DNA from: an uncultured Sediminispirochaeta sp.
GTDB lineage: Bacteria > Spirochaetota > Spirochaetia > DSM-16054 > Sediminispirochaetaceae
DNA length: 54,556 nucleotides
NCBI GenBank assembly: GCA_964394395.1
Contig: CAYMWV010000005.1
Coordinates: forward strand, 4,780-59,335
Direction: 5' to 3'
Each line of letters starts with the position of its first letter. Positions within the stretch are counted from its first letter, which is position 1. The position numbers were made by a program, and so were the translations under genes. The notes beneath the pieces were generated by a model that did no database searches, was not told the DNA's origin, and saw only the letters and a program-made list of their open reading frames with translations. Positions 8,698-18,969 of the stretch are shown here, piece by piece.

Positions 8698-10584
8698 CTA
8701 GCCAAGAATAGACCTAATCTTACCCAATAGCTCCCCGGGGCTAAAGGGCTTCCGGAGGAAAGGCTTATCACCGATAGCGATTCCCCGCTCCCGGGTCGTA
8801 CGTTCGGGGTAGCCGCTGATAAAAAGAACAGCCAAGTTGCTAAAGGATTGCTGCAGCCTGTCAGCAAGCTCCTTCCCGTCCATGTGAGGCATGATCAGAT
8901 CGGAGATCATCAAATCACATCCACCCTTACGCTTTTCCATCACCAGCAGGGCTTCCCCGCCGTTACGCGCTTTCAGGACCGTATAACCATATTTTACCAG
9001 TATTCGCTCCATCAGTTCCAGTAAACCCTCTTCATCTTCCACAAGCAGGATTGTCTCTTTTCCCCTGAGGTCGAGATATTGTTCTGTCGAATCTACCTCT
9101 TTCGAAACCTTTTCAGTGGAGAGGGGGATATATACCTTGAAGATACTTCCCCTTCCCTTTCCCGAGTCAACCTGAATATACCCCTTACTCTGTTTGATAA
9201 TTCCGTAAACGGTAGCAAGGCCGAGGCCGGTGCCCTTGTCATCCGGTTTGGTAGTGAAGAAGGGTTCGAAGATTTTTTCCCGGTCCTCTTCAGATATCCC
9301 TGTACCGGTATCCTCAACAGAGAGACAGATATATTCACCCGGGGAGATTATTCCTGTTATTGTGCTATCATCCCCCTGAAACTCCCTGTCTTCTGTTTTT
9401 ATGGTGACCGATCCACCCTCGGGCATGGCGTCCCGGGCGTTCACCACCAGGTTCATTAATACCTGTTCAATCTGTCCAGGATCAACAAAAACCGTTGCCC
9501 CTAGAGCTTCAGGATGGATATGAATAGTCACATCCTCGCTCACAAGACGCTGAAGCATCTTTTCCATCTCTTTAACTAGCTCATTCAGATCTACCAGTTT
9601 CGGTCGAAGCACCTGACGCCGGCTGAAAGCGAGAAGCTGCCTGGTAAGAGCTGTTGCCTTCTGACTCGCCTTTTTTATACCCTCCACATCAGTAGAAATA
9701 TCTTCCCCCTCCTTCACCTTCTCATCCAGGATTGTCGTATAACCCATTATTACCGTCAGGATATTGTTGAAATCGTGGGCAACTCCTCCGGCCAATCTGC
9801 CAATCGCCTCCATCTTCTGGGCTTGTCTGAGCTGATCTTCCAGCTCTTTCAGTCGGGTTGTATCAAAGATAAAACCATTTATCTCCTGCAGGGTTCCAGA
9901 GGGGTCATATCGTGGTACGATATTGGCTCTGACAATAAGCTCTTTTCCGTCCATTCGGCGCATAAAAAACTCGGCCAGCTCATTGCCTTGATCTTCATGT
10001 ATGCCACTCCAAAAACGCTCTTCTTCATCTCTATCTCTAAATAGTGTATTTATATTGATTCCAACAGCTTCTTCATTGCTGGAAAAACCAAAGAGATCAA
10101 GATAGGAGAGGTTACAATCCCTTATTCGACCGCCACTGTCACAAACAACATCGGCGGATAGATCATCCTGAAAGAATCTGCGGTACCGCTCCTCGCTCTC
10201 GTGCAGTTTTCTCTCCAACTCGGCCCTGTGAAGGGCCATCTCGATGGTTGTTCTCAGCTCCCTCGCTTCAAAGGGTTTAATGATATAACCAAAGGGAGCG
10301 GCTATCTTTGCCCTTTCGATGGTCTGTTCATCTGCATAGGCGGTAAGCAGGATTACCGGAACCTGCACCTCTTCCCGTAGAATAGCAGCTGCCTGCAAGC
10401 CGTCCATCTCCCCCTGAAGGCTGATATCCATGAGAACCAGATCGGGAGCCTGTTTTATGATAGCTGCTACAGCAGCTTCACCGGAGGCGTGCATGGAGGG
10501 TACGCTGTATCCGTAATTCTCCAGATGGCGTTTTATATCGAGTGCAACAATTCCTTCATCTTCAACAATCACAATCTCTGCCAT
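8698..10584 (-). CDS. Hybrid kinase REC-PAS-HisKA-HATPase-REC
   Basis: N-terminal REC (LVLMDISL), [19 protein letters not shown]-box, FFTTK..GTGLGL, C-terminal REC. Confidence 0.93.
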   Translation of the reverse strand: MAEIVIVEDEGIVALDIKRHLENYGYSVPSMHASGEAAVAAIIKQAPDLVLMDISLQGEMDGLQAAAILREEVQVPVILLTAYADEQTIERAKIAAPFGYIIKPFEARELRTTIEMALHRAELERKLHESEERYRRFFQDDLSADVVCDSGGRIRDCNLSYLDLFGFSSNEEAVGININTLFRDRDEEERFWSGIHEDQGNELAEFFMRRMDGKELIVRANIVPRYDPSGTLQEINGFIFDTTRLKELEDQLRQAQKMEAIGRLAGGVAHDFNNILTVIMGYTTILDEKVKEGEDISTDVEGIKKASQKATALTRQLLAFSRRQVLRPKLVDLNELVKEMEKMLQRLVSEDVTIHIHPEALGATVFVDPGQIEQVLMNLVVNARDAMPEGGSVTIKTEDREFQGDDSTITGIISPGEYICLSVEDTGTGISEEDREKIFEPFFTTKPDDKGTGLGLATVYGIIKQSKGYIQVDSGKGRGSIFKVYIPLSTEKVSKEVDSTEQYLDLRGKETILLVEDEEGLLELMERILVKYGYTVLKARNGGEALLVMEKRKGGCDLMISDLIMPHMDGKELADRLQQSFSNLAVLFISGYPERTTRERGIAIGDKPFLRKPFSPGELLGKIRSILG

Positions 10585-10612
10585 CGTTCCCCTTTTAGAT
10601 CCTCTGCCTTAT

Positions 10613-11011
10613 TTACATGGAAAAGCCAAGTTTCTTTATCTCTTCAACCAGTTTTGTTTTATCGATAGGCTTTACCAGGTAGGAATCTGCCGCACCCTCA
10701 TTGTAAGCCTTAACAACGTTCCGGGGATCACCCAGAGCGGTTGTCATGATTACTTTGACCATCAATTTTTTAGAGATCTTATTCTCCTTTTCCAGTTCTC
10801 GAATCTCCTTTAGCGCCTCTTGCCCATCCATCTCGGGAAGCATGATATCCATAAAGATCAGTTCGTAGGGACTGGATTCCTGCATCGCCAAACGATACGC
10901 ATCCACCGCCTCCTTGCCATCCACAACTGCATCCAGATCACCATAGCCGGAGAGATATTTCTGCATCAACCTTCGACTGGCATAATCATCTTCAACCAAT
11001 AACATTCGCAT
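10613..11011 (-). CDS. Single-domain response regulator (CheY-like)
   Basis: LLVEDD, LIFMDIMLPEMDG, YLVKP. Confidence 0.9.
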   Translation of the reverse strand: MRMLLVEDDYASRRLMQKYLSGYGDLDAVVDGKEAVDAYRLAMQESSPYELIFMDIMLPEMDGQEALKEIRELEKENKISKKLMVKVIMTTALGDPRNVVKAYNEGAADSYLVKPIDKTKLVEEIKKLGFSM

Positions 11012-11012
11012 A

Positions 11013-12461
11013 CTAATCTCCCTGCTGCCTGTGGTAATTATCCAGTAAATCGATAGCCTGGGCGCTTCTTTCTACAGAACGCTTCCTTACACCTAATAAT
11101 ACTCTTAATAGATAATCCTTCACATTTCCATAGCCAATTCGCTCAAAATGGTTTTTTGCAGCTCCCGTGGCAGATTCAAGACGATTCCAGTCCCGCTTTT
11201 CCAGTAGTTCCCTGCACAACTGGATGAAATCTCCCAGGGAGAGAGGAATACTTGTCTCTTGTGAGATCTTACCCAATTCTATCTCCTCTATAGCTGCCCC
11301 TTTTTTATCTCTTTCTTTACCTTCCTGGCTAACCGGTATAAGGAGGGTAAATACTGATCCCTCTTCGGGTTTGCTGGAGAGAGCTATTGTACCCCCCAGC
11401 TGATCAACAAAACGCTTTACAATGGCAAGCCCCAGACCGGTGCCTCCATAGGTACGGGTGGCAGAGCTATCAGCCTGTGAAAAGGCCTGGAAAATTCTCT
11501 CCCTCTCCTGTTCCTCTATTCCAATTCCGGTATCAGCAATAACAATTTTCATCATTCCACCGGTATGATCGATGGCCGATTCAGCATGCAGATTCAGCTC
11601 CACTCTGCCTGAATGGGTAAATTTGATCGCATTCGACAAGAGATGCTGAATAATCTGACGAACTTTTTCTGCATCACACCGGATCCTTGAGGGGAGCTTG
11701 GGGTCCACCTTTATTGTGCAGTGAATATCATTGTTTCGTATCTGAAAGGCAAACCGCTCCTCCAACTCCTTTATCAGAATAGGGATATCAAGGATAGAGA
11801 TCGCCATGCTCAACTGCCGATCTTCCAGTTTTGAGTAATCCAGGACGGAATTGACCATATCGAGCAGGCCATTTGCAGATTCAAGGAGAAGATCAAGATA
11901 CTCCTGTACATCCGACTCTCCCGCATGTTCCCTTGCTAGACTCGCCATACCAAGGATTGAGTTAAGAGGGGTTCGGAACTCATGGCTCATATTTGATAAA
12001 AACTCATTCTTGATGCGAAGCCCCTCTTCCGCCTCTTTTTTTGCTCTCCTCAGTTCCGCCTCAGACTTGGCTTTAAAGAGAGCCATCTCGATAACGGAAT
12101 GGATCTCCCGTTCCTGAAATGGTTTAAGAATATAGCCGTAGGGCTGGGTCTGCTTTGCTCGTTCCAGGGTTGCATCATCAGAATAGGCGGTGATATAGAT
12201 AATCGGTATCTCCAACTCTTCCCGTATTTGGGAAGCTGCTTCAATCCCGTCCATCTCACCTTTCAGGTGGATATCCATGAGTACCACATCGGGTATCAGC
12301 GCTTTCGCCTCTTTTACAGCATCTGTACCGGTCAGAACCCGTCCGAGAACCTCATAACCGAGGCCTTTCAGACGCCGTTCCATATCCATAGCTACAATGC
12401 TTTCATCTTCTACTACCAGGATTGTCGGTGCTTTCATCATGTTTGACTCTTTACGCTCCAT
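11013..12461 (-). CDS. Hybrid kinase REC-HisKA-HATPase
   Basis: N-terminal REC (VVLMDIHL), FLSNMSHEFRTPLN, FSQADSSATRTYGGTGLGL. Confidence 0.93.
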   Translation of the reverse strand: MERKESNMMKAPTILVVEDESIVAMDMERRLKGLGYEVLGRVLTGTDAVKEAKALIPDVVLMDIHLKGEMDGIEAASQIREELEIPIIYITAYSDDATLERAKQTQPYGYILKPFQEREIHSVIEMALFKAKSEAELRRAKKEAEEGLRIKNEFLSNMSHEFRTPLNSILGMASLAREHAGESDVQEYLDLLLESANGLLDMVNSVLDYSKLEDRQLSMAISILDIPILIKELEERFAFQIRNNDIHCTIKVDPKLPSRIRCDAEKVRQIIQHLLSNAIKFTHSGRVELNLHAESAIDHTGGMMKIVIADTGIGIEEQERERIFQAFSQADSSATRTYGGTGLGLAIVKRFVDQLGGTIALSSKPEEGSVFTLLIPVSQEGKERDKKGAAIEEIELGKISQETSIPLSLGDFIQLCRELLEKRDWNRLESATGAAKNHFERIGYGNVKDYLLRVLLGVRKRSVERSAQAIDLLDNYHRQQGD

Positions 12462-13084
12462 TCTACCGCCCGCTGCATTAATTCTGTAGAGTTCTTCAGC
12501 TCCATTTTTGTCTTCAGATGAGATTTATAGGTCTCTATTGTCTTTACGCTCAAAAAAAGCTCATTGGCTATGCTTCTGGTATCATAACCCTTACCGATAA
12601 GCTGAAACACTTCAAACTCCCGATCACTTAGATTGTTTACAGGATCATCCCTGTTATCACTTTCCCCGGATGCAAATTTAGTGAGCATTCGCTCATTCAT
12701 CTTTTTGCTCAGATAGATTCCCCCGGATAATACTTGCCTCACTGCTACCATCACATTCTCGGTAGCCTCACTTTTCATGATATACCCTTTTGCCCCAGCC
12801 CGCAAAGCCCGCTCAGCATAAACCGTTTCATCATGGAGACTGACAGCCAGCATCAACAATTCTGGATACTGCTTCGCCAGATCTTTAATCATCTCCAGAC
12901 CGTCACCATTTTTCAGGGAAAGATCGACAAGAACCAGCTCCGGTCTGGTTTTACTGATTATCTCCATAGCTTCCCCGGGGGCTTCTGCTTCGCCTACAAC
13001 TTCAAAATCCGGTTCCTGACTCAAGAGCAGCACGAATCCTCTACGAACAATAGGATGATCATCCACCACTACGATCTTTTTCAC
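12437..13084 (-). CDS. NarL/LuxR-family response regulator
   Basis: VVVDDHPIVRRG REC plus LSDREFEVF...SVKTIETY HTH. GTG 13084 overlaps the upstream stop (GTGA). Confidence 0.93.
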   Translation of the reverse strand: MKKIVVVDDHPIVRRGFVLLLSQEPDFEVVGEAEAPGEAMEIISKTRPELVLVDLSLKNGDGLEMIKDLAKQYPELLMLAVSLHDETVYAERALRAGAKGYIMKSEATENVMVAVRQVLSGGIYLSKKMNERMLTKFASGESDNRDDPVNNLSDREFEVFQLIGKGYDTRSIANELFLSVKTIETYKSHLKTKMELKNSTELMQRAVEWSVKSQT

Positions 13085-14505
13085 TTGTTTACCGCCGATC
13101 CTTTTTTGGGAACCCTGCACGTTACGGTGCTCCCCTTCCCCTCATCGCCAAAGAAAGAGAGTCGTCCATCTATCATACCGGATCGAAACTCCATTATCTT
13201 CAAACCTATTCCTCCCCCCTTGGAAAGGATAGTTCCTTTCCCGTTATCCTGGACTTCCAAAATAATTTCAGAATCGTCATCTTCCAAGCTTATAACAATT
13301 TCCTCCGCCTCGGAGTGGCGAATCGCATTGGTAACTGCCTCCTGGGCAATATGGTACAACTGTACGGATATTGTATCATCGGTAATCTCTTCTTCGAGAT
13401 GGGTAATGCAGCGACTGGGAACATCGTATAGCTCTTCACAGTAACTGGCCAGTTCCTGAAGGGCCACCGACAAGCCCTGGGTCTGCAAGGTCACCGTCAA
13501 GAGGTTCTTTGCCAGGCTTCTGGTCTGCATGATCGCATCATTGATCATGGCAGAAATGGCGGAGGCGGTAATCGCCTCCTCCGGAGCCCGCTCTCTGATC
13601 CGGTTCTCCAGGGCCTTGATCTGCAAACTGATTCCAGTGAGCTTCTGTCCCAGACTATCGTGAAGGTCCTGACCAATCCGCTTCCGCTCCTTTTCGCTGA
13701 TTTCCAGAATCTCCCTCTCCAGCTGTTTCCGGGTGGTAACGTCCCGGGCAATGATGGAAGCTCCACTGATACTATTGAGATGGTTTCTGATGGGAGATAT
13801 CTTTACAGAAACATTGATGATTTTCCCATCCTTTTTCTGCCTTACTGTTTCATAATGGTCACTCTCCATCCCCTCCCGAAGGGTATCAAGTTTTTCGGGC
13901 ATCTCATTCGGATAAAAGGGCGGAGTGAGAATCGAAATATTTTTTCCAATTAACTCATCTGCGTGATAGCCGAATATCGTTTCAGCTCCACTGTTCCAGC
14001 TGATGATGGTACCGTCCAGGGTGGTTCCAATTACTGCATCGCTGATGCTTTTCAAAGTTACCGACAAAATCTCTTCATTCTCCCGAATCTTCTGTTCCAT
14101 GGAGTGACGGTAGAGAGCCATCTCGATCATTGAGTGAAGATCGTTTTTATGGCTGCTCTTGGTGATGTATCCGTAGGGTTCTGTTCTTTTTGCTCTGCTG
14201 AGGGTATTTTCATCCGAGAAGGTGGAAAGAAAAATATAGGGAATCTGATAATCTTTCCGGATTCGTTCGGCAGTCTCGATACCATCAAGTTTACCGCTTA
14301 GACGAACATCGAGAAGGATCAAATCCGGAGTAACAGATAGTAGGGTATTAAGAGCCTCTTCTCCCGATGCTACAGAATCGCAAACCTCATAGCCCAAAGA
14401 TTTCAGGGTCCGACTTATATCGATAGCTACCACCTTCTCATCTTCCACAACCAGAATCAAAGGCTTTCCTGCTTTCCTGTTTTCCATCTTAATCCCGTTT
14501 TCCAT
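13081..14505 (-). CDS. REC-PAS-HisKA_3-HATPase sensor kinase (NarX/DegS class)
   Basis: ERKRIGQDLHDSLGQ, QEAVTNAIRHS. Start at ATG 14505 or 14487 (duplicated junction). Confidence 0.92.
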   Translation of the reverse strand: MENGIKMENRKAGKPLILVVEDEKVVAIDISRTLKSLGYEVCDSVASGEEALNTLLSVTPDLILLDVRLSGKLDGIETAERIRKDYQIPYIFLSTFSDENTLSRAKRTEPYGYITKSSHKNDLHSMIEMALYRHSMEQKIRENEEILSVTLKSISDAVIGTTLDGTIISWNSGAETIFGYHADELIGKNISILTPPFYPNEMPEKLDTLREGMESDHYETVRQKKDGKIINVSVKISPIRNHLNSISGASIIARDVTTRKQLEREILEISEKERKRIGQDLHDSLGQKLTGISLQIKALENRIRERAPEEAITASAISAMINDAIMQTRSLAKNLLTVTLQTQGLSVALQELASYCEELYDVPSRCITHLEEEITDDTISVQLYHIAQEAVTNAIRHSEAEEIVISLEDDDSEIILEVQDNGKGTILSKGGGIGLKIMEFRSGMIDGRLSFFGDEGKGSTVTCRVPKKGSAVNK

Positions 14506-14518
14506 CTTAATCCCGTTT
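14479..14518. repeat. Perfect 18-bp tandem duplication at the cheB/kinase junction
   Basis: TTTTCCATCTTAATCCCG at 14480-14497 and 14498-14515. Confidence 0.9.
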
Positions 14519-15595
14519 CCCCAACTCCAGTACCTTCTTGGCAATCTCCGGTAAGGGCATGACAAGGTCTACTCCTCCCCGTTTGATTGCCTCATTGGGC
14601 ATACCGAAGACCACGCAGCTCTTCTCGTCCTGGGCGATCGTTTTTGCTCCCGCCTCATGCATCTCCACCATCCCCCTGGCACCATCGTCTCCCATTCCCG
14701 TCATTATCACTCCTATAACGTTTTTCCCGCTGTACCGGGCGGCGGAACGAAAAAGGACATCCACCGATGGCCGATGCCGGGATACTAACGGGCCATCCCG
14801 AACCTCCACATAATAGCGGGCTCCGCTTCTTTTTAAGAGCATATGCTTATTCCCTGGGGCAATCAGGACATGCCCCCGAAGTACCGAGTCGTTATTCTCT
14901 GCCTCGTTTACGTGCACCCGGGCAAGAGAATCGAGCCGCTTAGCAAATGCGGCGGTAAAATGCTCAGGCATATGCTGCACGATGGCTATGCCGGGAGCGT
15001 CTACTGGGAGAGCTTCAATAAACTCCCGAAGCGCTTCGGTGCCGCCGGTAGAAGCGCCAACCACTACCACTTTATCAGTGGTTTCGATGGATATCGGTTT
15101 TCCTGATGCAGGAAGTACCGCATCGGCGGTTAATTTTGCTGCCACATTCTTTACGGTGGATTGAATTGAACGTTTATTCATCTTGGTAATTGCCGCCGCT
15201 TTCACCGCATCACATATGATTACTGCAGACTCCTCCAGAAACTGTTTCGTCCCCACCTTCGGTTTTCGAATAATTTCCACCGCTCCGTATTCCAGTGCCT
15301 GAATAACATTTTTACTCCCCTCTTCTGTTTTGCTGGAGCAGATAACCACCGGTATCGGGTGAGCGTTCATTAATCTCCTCAGAAAGGTGAGACCATCCAT
15401 CCTGGGCATTTCAATATCCAGAACGATAACATCAGGAATCATTGTTTCCAGCTTCTTTGCGGCTATAATGGGATCCGCAGCGGTTGCCGCCACCTCTAGT
15501 TCAGGATCAGAGGAGATCAGCTCCTTCATGGTCTGACGCACCACCGCAGAATCGTCTACTATCATCACCTTAATACGATCTCTTCCCATAGTCAC
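14507..15595 (-). CDS. cheB: Chemotaxis methylesterase CheB
   Basis: REC plus GASTGG, VQHMP, HRPSVD, TGMGDDG. Start at 15595 or 15589. Confidence 0.97.
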   Translation of the reverse strand: MTMGRDRIKVMIVDDSAVVRQTMKELISSDPELEVAATAADPIIAAKKLETMIPDVIVLDIEMPRMDGLTFLRRLMNAHPIPVVICSSKTEEGSKNVIQALEYGAVEIIRKPKVGTKQFLEESAVIICDAVKAAAITKMNKRSIQSTVKNVAAKLTADAVLPASGKPISIETTDKVVVVGASTGGTEALREFIEALPVDAPGIAIVQHMPEHFTAAFAKRLDSLARVHVNEAENNDSVLRGHVLIAPGNKHMLLKRSGARYYVEVRDGPLVSRHRPSVDVLFRSAARYSGKNVIGVIMTGMGDDGARGMVEMHEAGAKTIAQDEKSCVVFGMPNEAIKRGGVDLVMPLPEIAKKVLELGKRD

Positions 15596-16452
15596 GCATC
15601 TCCCGATTTTTGATATATCGTAGCGGCAACTGTTGTAAACGGCACCCTATGACCGGTTAAGGTTTCAGAATGGCCAAGAAAAAGAAAACCCCCCCGGCTC
15701 ATCACCCGGGATATGGCCAGCAGAAGTTTTTGCTGCCGTTCCCTATCAAAATAGATCATCACATTCCTGCAAAAGACAATAGAAAAAGGCTCTTTAAAGG
15801 GAAAGGAGTCCTGCATCAAATTAAGGCGCATAAATCCAAGTCTTTTTCTCAGCTCAGCTTTTACCCTGAAAAGCTGCTTCTCTCTATCCTTGCTTCGTAG
15901 GAAATAACGATGCAATACCTCCTGGGGAAGGGGAGCCAGGCGCTCCTTCAGGAAAATTCCTTTACGGGCCTTTTCCAGAACAGCGGCTGAAATATCACTG
16001 GCGATAATCTCAAATCTGAAATCCGGATGGCTTTCCCTAAATCGTTCACACTCCAGGGCGATGGTGTAGGGCTCTTCTCCAGTAGAGCAGGCAGCGGACC
16101 AGATACGCACCGGCTTTTTCACCGAGTTTTGAGCAAAGTAGGGAAAGATGGTAGAGCGGAGATAGTCAAAATGGGTCGGTTCACGATAAAAATCGGTTTT
16201 ATTGGTGGTAACCAAGTCGATCATTGCAGGAATTTCCAGTTTCTGGCCCTCAGTACTGAAAAGGTAATCGGTATACTCTTGAAAACTTTTCATATTCAGC
16301 TGTTTCAACCGCTTCTGCAGCCGGCTCTCCAGCATCACCTTTTTTGCAGCTGGCATTCGAATCCCCAAATTCGATTCAATGTAGGTACTGAGACGAAGAA
16401 ACTCTCTCTCTTCCAGATTCAGCTTACGAGTAATATCTCCATATGGATCCAT
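15592..16452 (-). CDS. cheR: Chemotaxis methyltransferase CheR
   Basis: [37 protein letters not shown]. Confidence 0.97.
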   Translation of the reverse strand: MDPYGDITRKLNLEEREFLRLSTYIESNLGIRMPAAKKVMLESRLQKRLKQLNMKSFQEYTDYLFSTEGQKLEIPAMIDLVTTNKTDFYREPTHFDYLRSTIFPYFAQNSVKKPVRIWSAACSTGEEPYTIALECERFRESHPDFRFEIIASDISAAVLEKARKGIFLKERLAPLPQEVLHRYFLRSKDREKQLFRVKAELRKRLGFMRLNLMQDSFPFKEPFSIVFCRNVMIYFDRERQQKLLLAISRVMSRGGFLFLGHSETLTGHRVPFTTVAATIYQKSGDA

Positions 16453-16454
16453 AG

Positions 16455-18566
16455 CTATACTGCTACACTTTTTTTAGAAACCCGCGCCAATTGGAGAATA
16501 TCCAGTATCAGTGCGATGCTTCCGTCACCAAGGATGGTAGCTCCAGAGATACCCTCCACATCCCGATAGATTGGTCCCAAACTCTTTATCACTGTTTGAT
16601 GATCTCCTATAACCTCATCAACCACAATACCGAAATGAGCCTGGTCTAGCTCAGAAACCACCATCTGCCGTATTCCGGTATCATCAGCATCTATTTTGAA
16701 GAGTTCATCAAGGCGCACGTAGGGAAGTAAGCGCTCCCGATATTCCACCATTTGTCGCTTTTTCTCCTTATGCTCATCTTCATTAAATTCAAGGCAGGCC
16801 TGTACTGAAGAGAGGGGAACGATAAAGAACTCCTCTCCAACCCGAACCATCAAACCATCAACAATTGCCAGCGTTAAGGGAAGGTTGAGGGTAATCCTCG
16901 TTCCCTCTCCAACATGGCTCTCCACGGACACCGAACCCCTGAGAGCATCAATCTGCTTTTTAACAACATCCATCCCGACCCCCCGGCCTGAGACGGAGCT
17001 TACCTCTGGGGCTGTGGAAAACCCGGCTTCAAAAATAAGCATATAGACCTCGTCATCACTGAGAGCTATATCCTCCTGAACAATACCTTTTTCAACAGCT
17101 TTTCGGTAGATTCGATCCCGATCAAGTCCAGATCCGTCATCGGATACCGTAATCTGTACCGTGGCACCCACATGTCTTGCTGAAAGCTTGACAAGCCCGG
17201 ATTCCGCTTTTCCCATACTTCTGCGTTTCTCCGGAGATTCAACCCCGTGATCTATACTATTTCTTATTAAATGGACAAGCGGATCGCCAAGCCTTTCAAT
17301 CATGGTCTTATCCAGCTCAGTCTCCGCCCCTTCAGTTTCCAGCTCCACCTTCTTACCCAGATCTCTGGAGAGATCTCTCACCAGCCGACGGTAACTATTA
17401 AAGGTGGTTCCAATGGGGACCATCCGCAAACTCATGGTATTGTCCCGCAGCTCCTCTACCAGCCGCTCAAGTTGTTCAGAAACAAGGCGAAGACCCGCCA
17501 TCTCATCTTTTCCAGAGAGTTGGCTGATCCGTGCCTGTACCGTAACCAATTCTCCCACCAGATCTACCAGGTAATCGAGCTTATCACTGCCCACCCTTAT
17601 TGTGGAGCTACCCACCCCCTTCTCGCTCTGCCGTCTCTCTTTAACTCTTTTTGTATGTTCCTGCTCCTGAAGAGCAGATTCTACATCCCCGGAAGAGACC
17701 TGTTTCGTTTCTACCAGAACCTGGCCCAGCTTTTTCTGATTCCCCAGGGCTTCTCCCAGAAAATCCTCACTGATGGCCCCCCGCTCTACCAAAATCTCAC
17801 CAAGACGCTTGAAGGATTCATCTTCGATTGCATCATCATAGGTTTCAATCTTATCAATTGATAACTCTGATTCTGCATCAAGGAAGATAAAAACATCCTG
17901 AATGGAATTCAGGCCCGCTTTTGTGGTTATAATAATGTCCCAACTGCAATAGCACTTTTCCGGATTGAAGCGTTCTATCCCCTTGATTCTGTCCATTCGG
18001 GGCACAATCGTACAATCTCCCAGCTCCTGCAGCTCCTGGAGAAGAAAGATGGGGTTAGTTCCTGAGAGGAAAAGATCTTCCGGGGGAATAAAGCGGATGC
18101 GAAAACTCTCCTCTTCCGACTCTTCCTTTTCCATCTCTTTTTCATCAGATTCATCCACATCCGTGCTTGCTTCTGCTGACTCTTCATCCACCATACAACG
18201 CTTAAACGTGTTCAGCAGAGAATTAACCCGCCCCTTTCTGTCGCCCTTCTTCCCCTCATCCTCTATCATTTCACGGATCAAGTCCCTTGATTCCAGGGTG
18301 ATATCAATAAGGTGCTGGTCAACCTGAATAGCACCATTTCTTACCTGATCAAAAACATTTTCAATATCATGGGTAAACTCCGCAATTTCATCAAAACCAA
18401 ACATAGCTGAAGATCCCTTGATGGTATGCATTGTTCTAAAAATCGATGCAATGACCCCTGCGTTTTTCGGGTCCCTCTCCAGCTCCAACAGATCTCCCTC
18501 CAGGCTAATGAGAAGCTCTTGGGCCTCTTCTTTAAACGTTTCTTTAAATGTATCCATGGAAGACAA
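16455..18566 (-). CDS. cheA: Chemotaxis histidine kinase CheA
   Basis: Hpt FRTMHTIKG, HLIRNSIDHG, SGRGVGMDVV, C-terminal CheW domain GATILGDG. Confidence 0.97.
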   Translation of the reverse strand: MSSMDTFKETFKEEAQELLISLEGDLLELERDPKNAGVIASIFRTMHTIKGSSAMFGFDEIAEFTHDIENVFDQVRNGAIQVDQHLIDITLESRDLIREMIEDEGKKGDRKGRVNSLLNTFKRCMVDEESAEASTDVDESDEKEMEKEESEEESFRIRFIPPEDLFLSGTNPIFLLQELQELGDCTIVPRMDRIKGIERFNPEKCYCSWDIIITTKAGLNSIQDVFIFLDAESELSIDKIETYDDAIEDESFKRLGEILVERGAISEDFLGEALGNQKKLGQVLVETKQVSSGDVESALQEQEHTKRVKERRQSEKGVGSSTIRVGSDKLDYLVDLVGELVTVQARISQLSGKDEMAGLRLVSEQLERLVEELRDNTMSLRMVPIGTTFNSYRRLVRDLSRDLGKKVELETEGAETELDKTMIERLGDPLVHLIRNSIDHGVESPEKRRSMGKAESGLVKLSARHVGATVQITVSDDGSGLDRDRIYRKAVEKGIVQEDIALSDDEVYMLIFEAGFSTAPEVSSVSGRGVGMDVVKKQIDALRGSVSVESHVGEGTRITLNLPLTLAIVDGLMVRVGEEFFIVPLSSVQACLEFNEDEHKEKKRQMVEYRERLLPYVRLDELFKIDADDTGIRQMVVSELDQAHFGIVVDEVIGDHQTVIKSLGPIYRDVEGISGATILGDGSIALILDILQLARVSKKSVAV

Positions 18567-18582
18567 ATAGGGCCCCCTCTTG

Positions 18583-18909
18583 CTAAAAATCTATCAAAGC
18601 TTCTTCCAACGCCTCTGCACTTTCCACATCCCATCGGATAAATCCAGCATCTTTTAATACCCCCACAAGAACCGGTGATAGAGGTTCGGAAAAAGTAATC
18701 CGTTTCTTCTTTTTTACAGCTTCCCGGCGAGCAGCATAGAGTAACTGAATAAGTGAAAGATCGGCCTTCTCAATAGAATCGCTTTGTATAATTACAGTAT
18801 CGCTCTCTTTCAGAGCCTCCTTTATCTCCTTATGCATCTCTCTTATCTGCTCAACGGTAGGCTGGATGCCGAGTGATATGGTTTTACTATCTTCATCATC
18901 ATTTTCCAT
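18583..18909 (-). CDS. STAS-domain protein
   Basis: IEKADLSLIQLLYAA STAS_2 pattern; GGAGG RBS; typical position before cheA. Confidence 0.8.
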   Translation of the reverse strand: MENDDEDSKTISLGIQPTVEQIREMHKEIKEALKESDTVIIQSDSIEKADLSLIQLLYAARREAVKKKKRITFSEPLSPVLVGVLKDAGFIRWDVESAEALEEALIDF

Positions 18910-18926
18910 AGAAGCCTCCGCTTATA

Positions 18927-18954
18927 AGTATATTCGAGAAGTATGGATTATCAA
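18927..18954 (-). promoter_or_regulatory. Sigma-70-like promoter of the STAS-che operon
   Basis: TTGATA, 16 bp, TATACT. Confidence 0.5.
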
Positions 18955-18969
18955 GTCCCTTGGTTTCTT

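Noticed and set aside
6829-8730. Long plus-strand ORFs 6829-7650 and 7705-8730
   Set aside because: Antisense shadows of lepA with no motifs. The same applies to 12734-13444, 31745-32899, 34766-35554 and similar ORFs.
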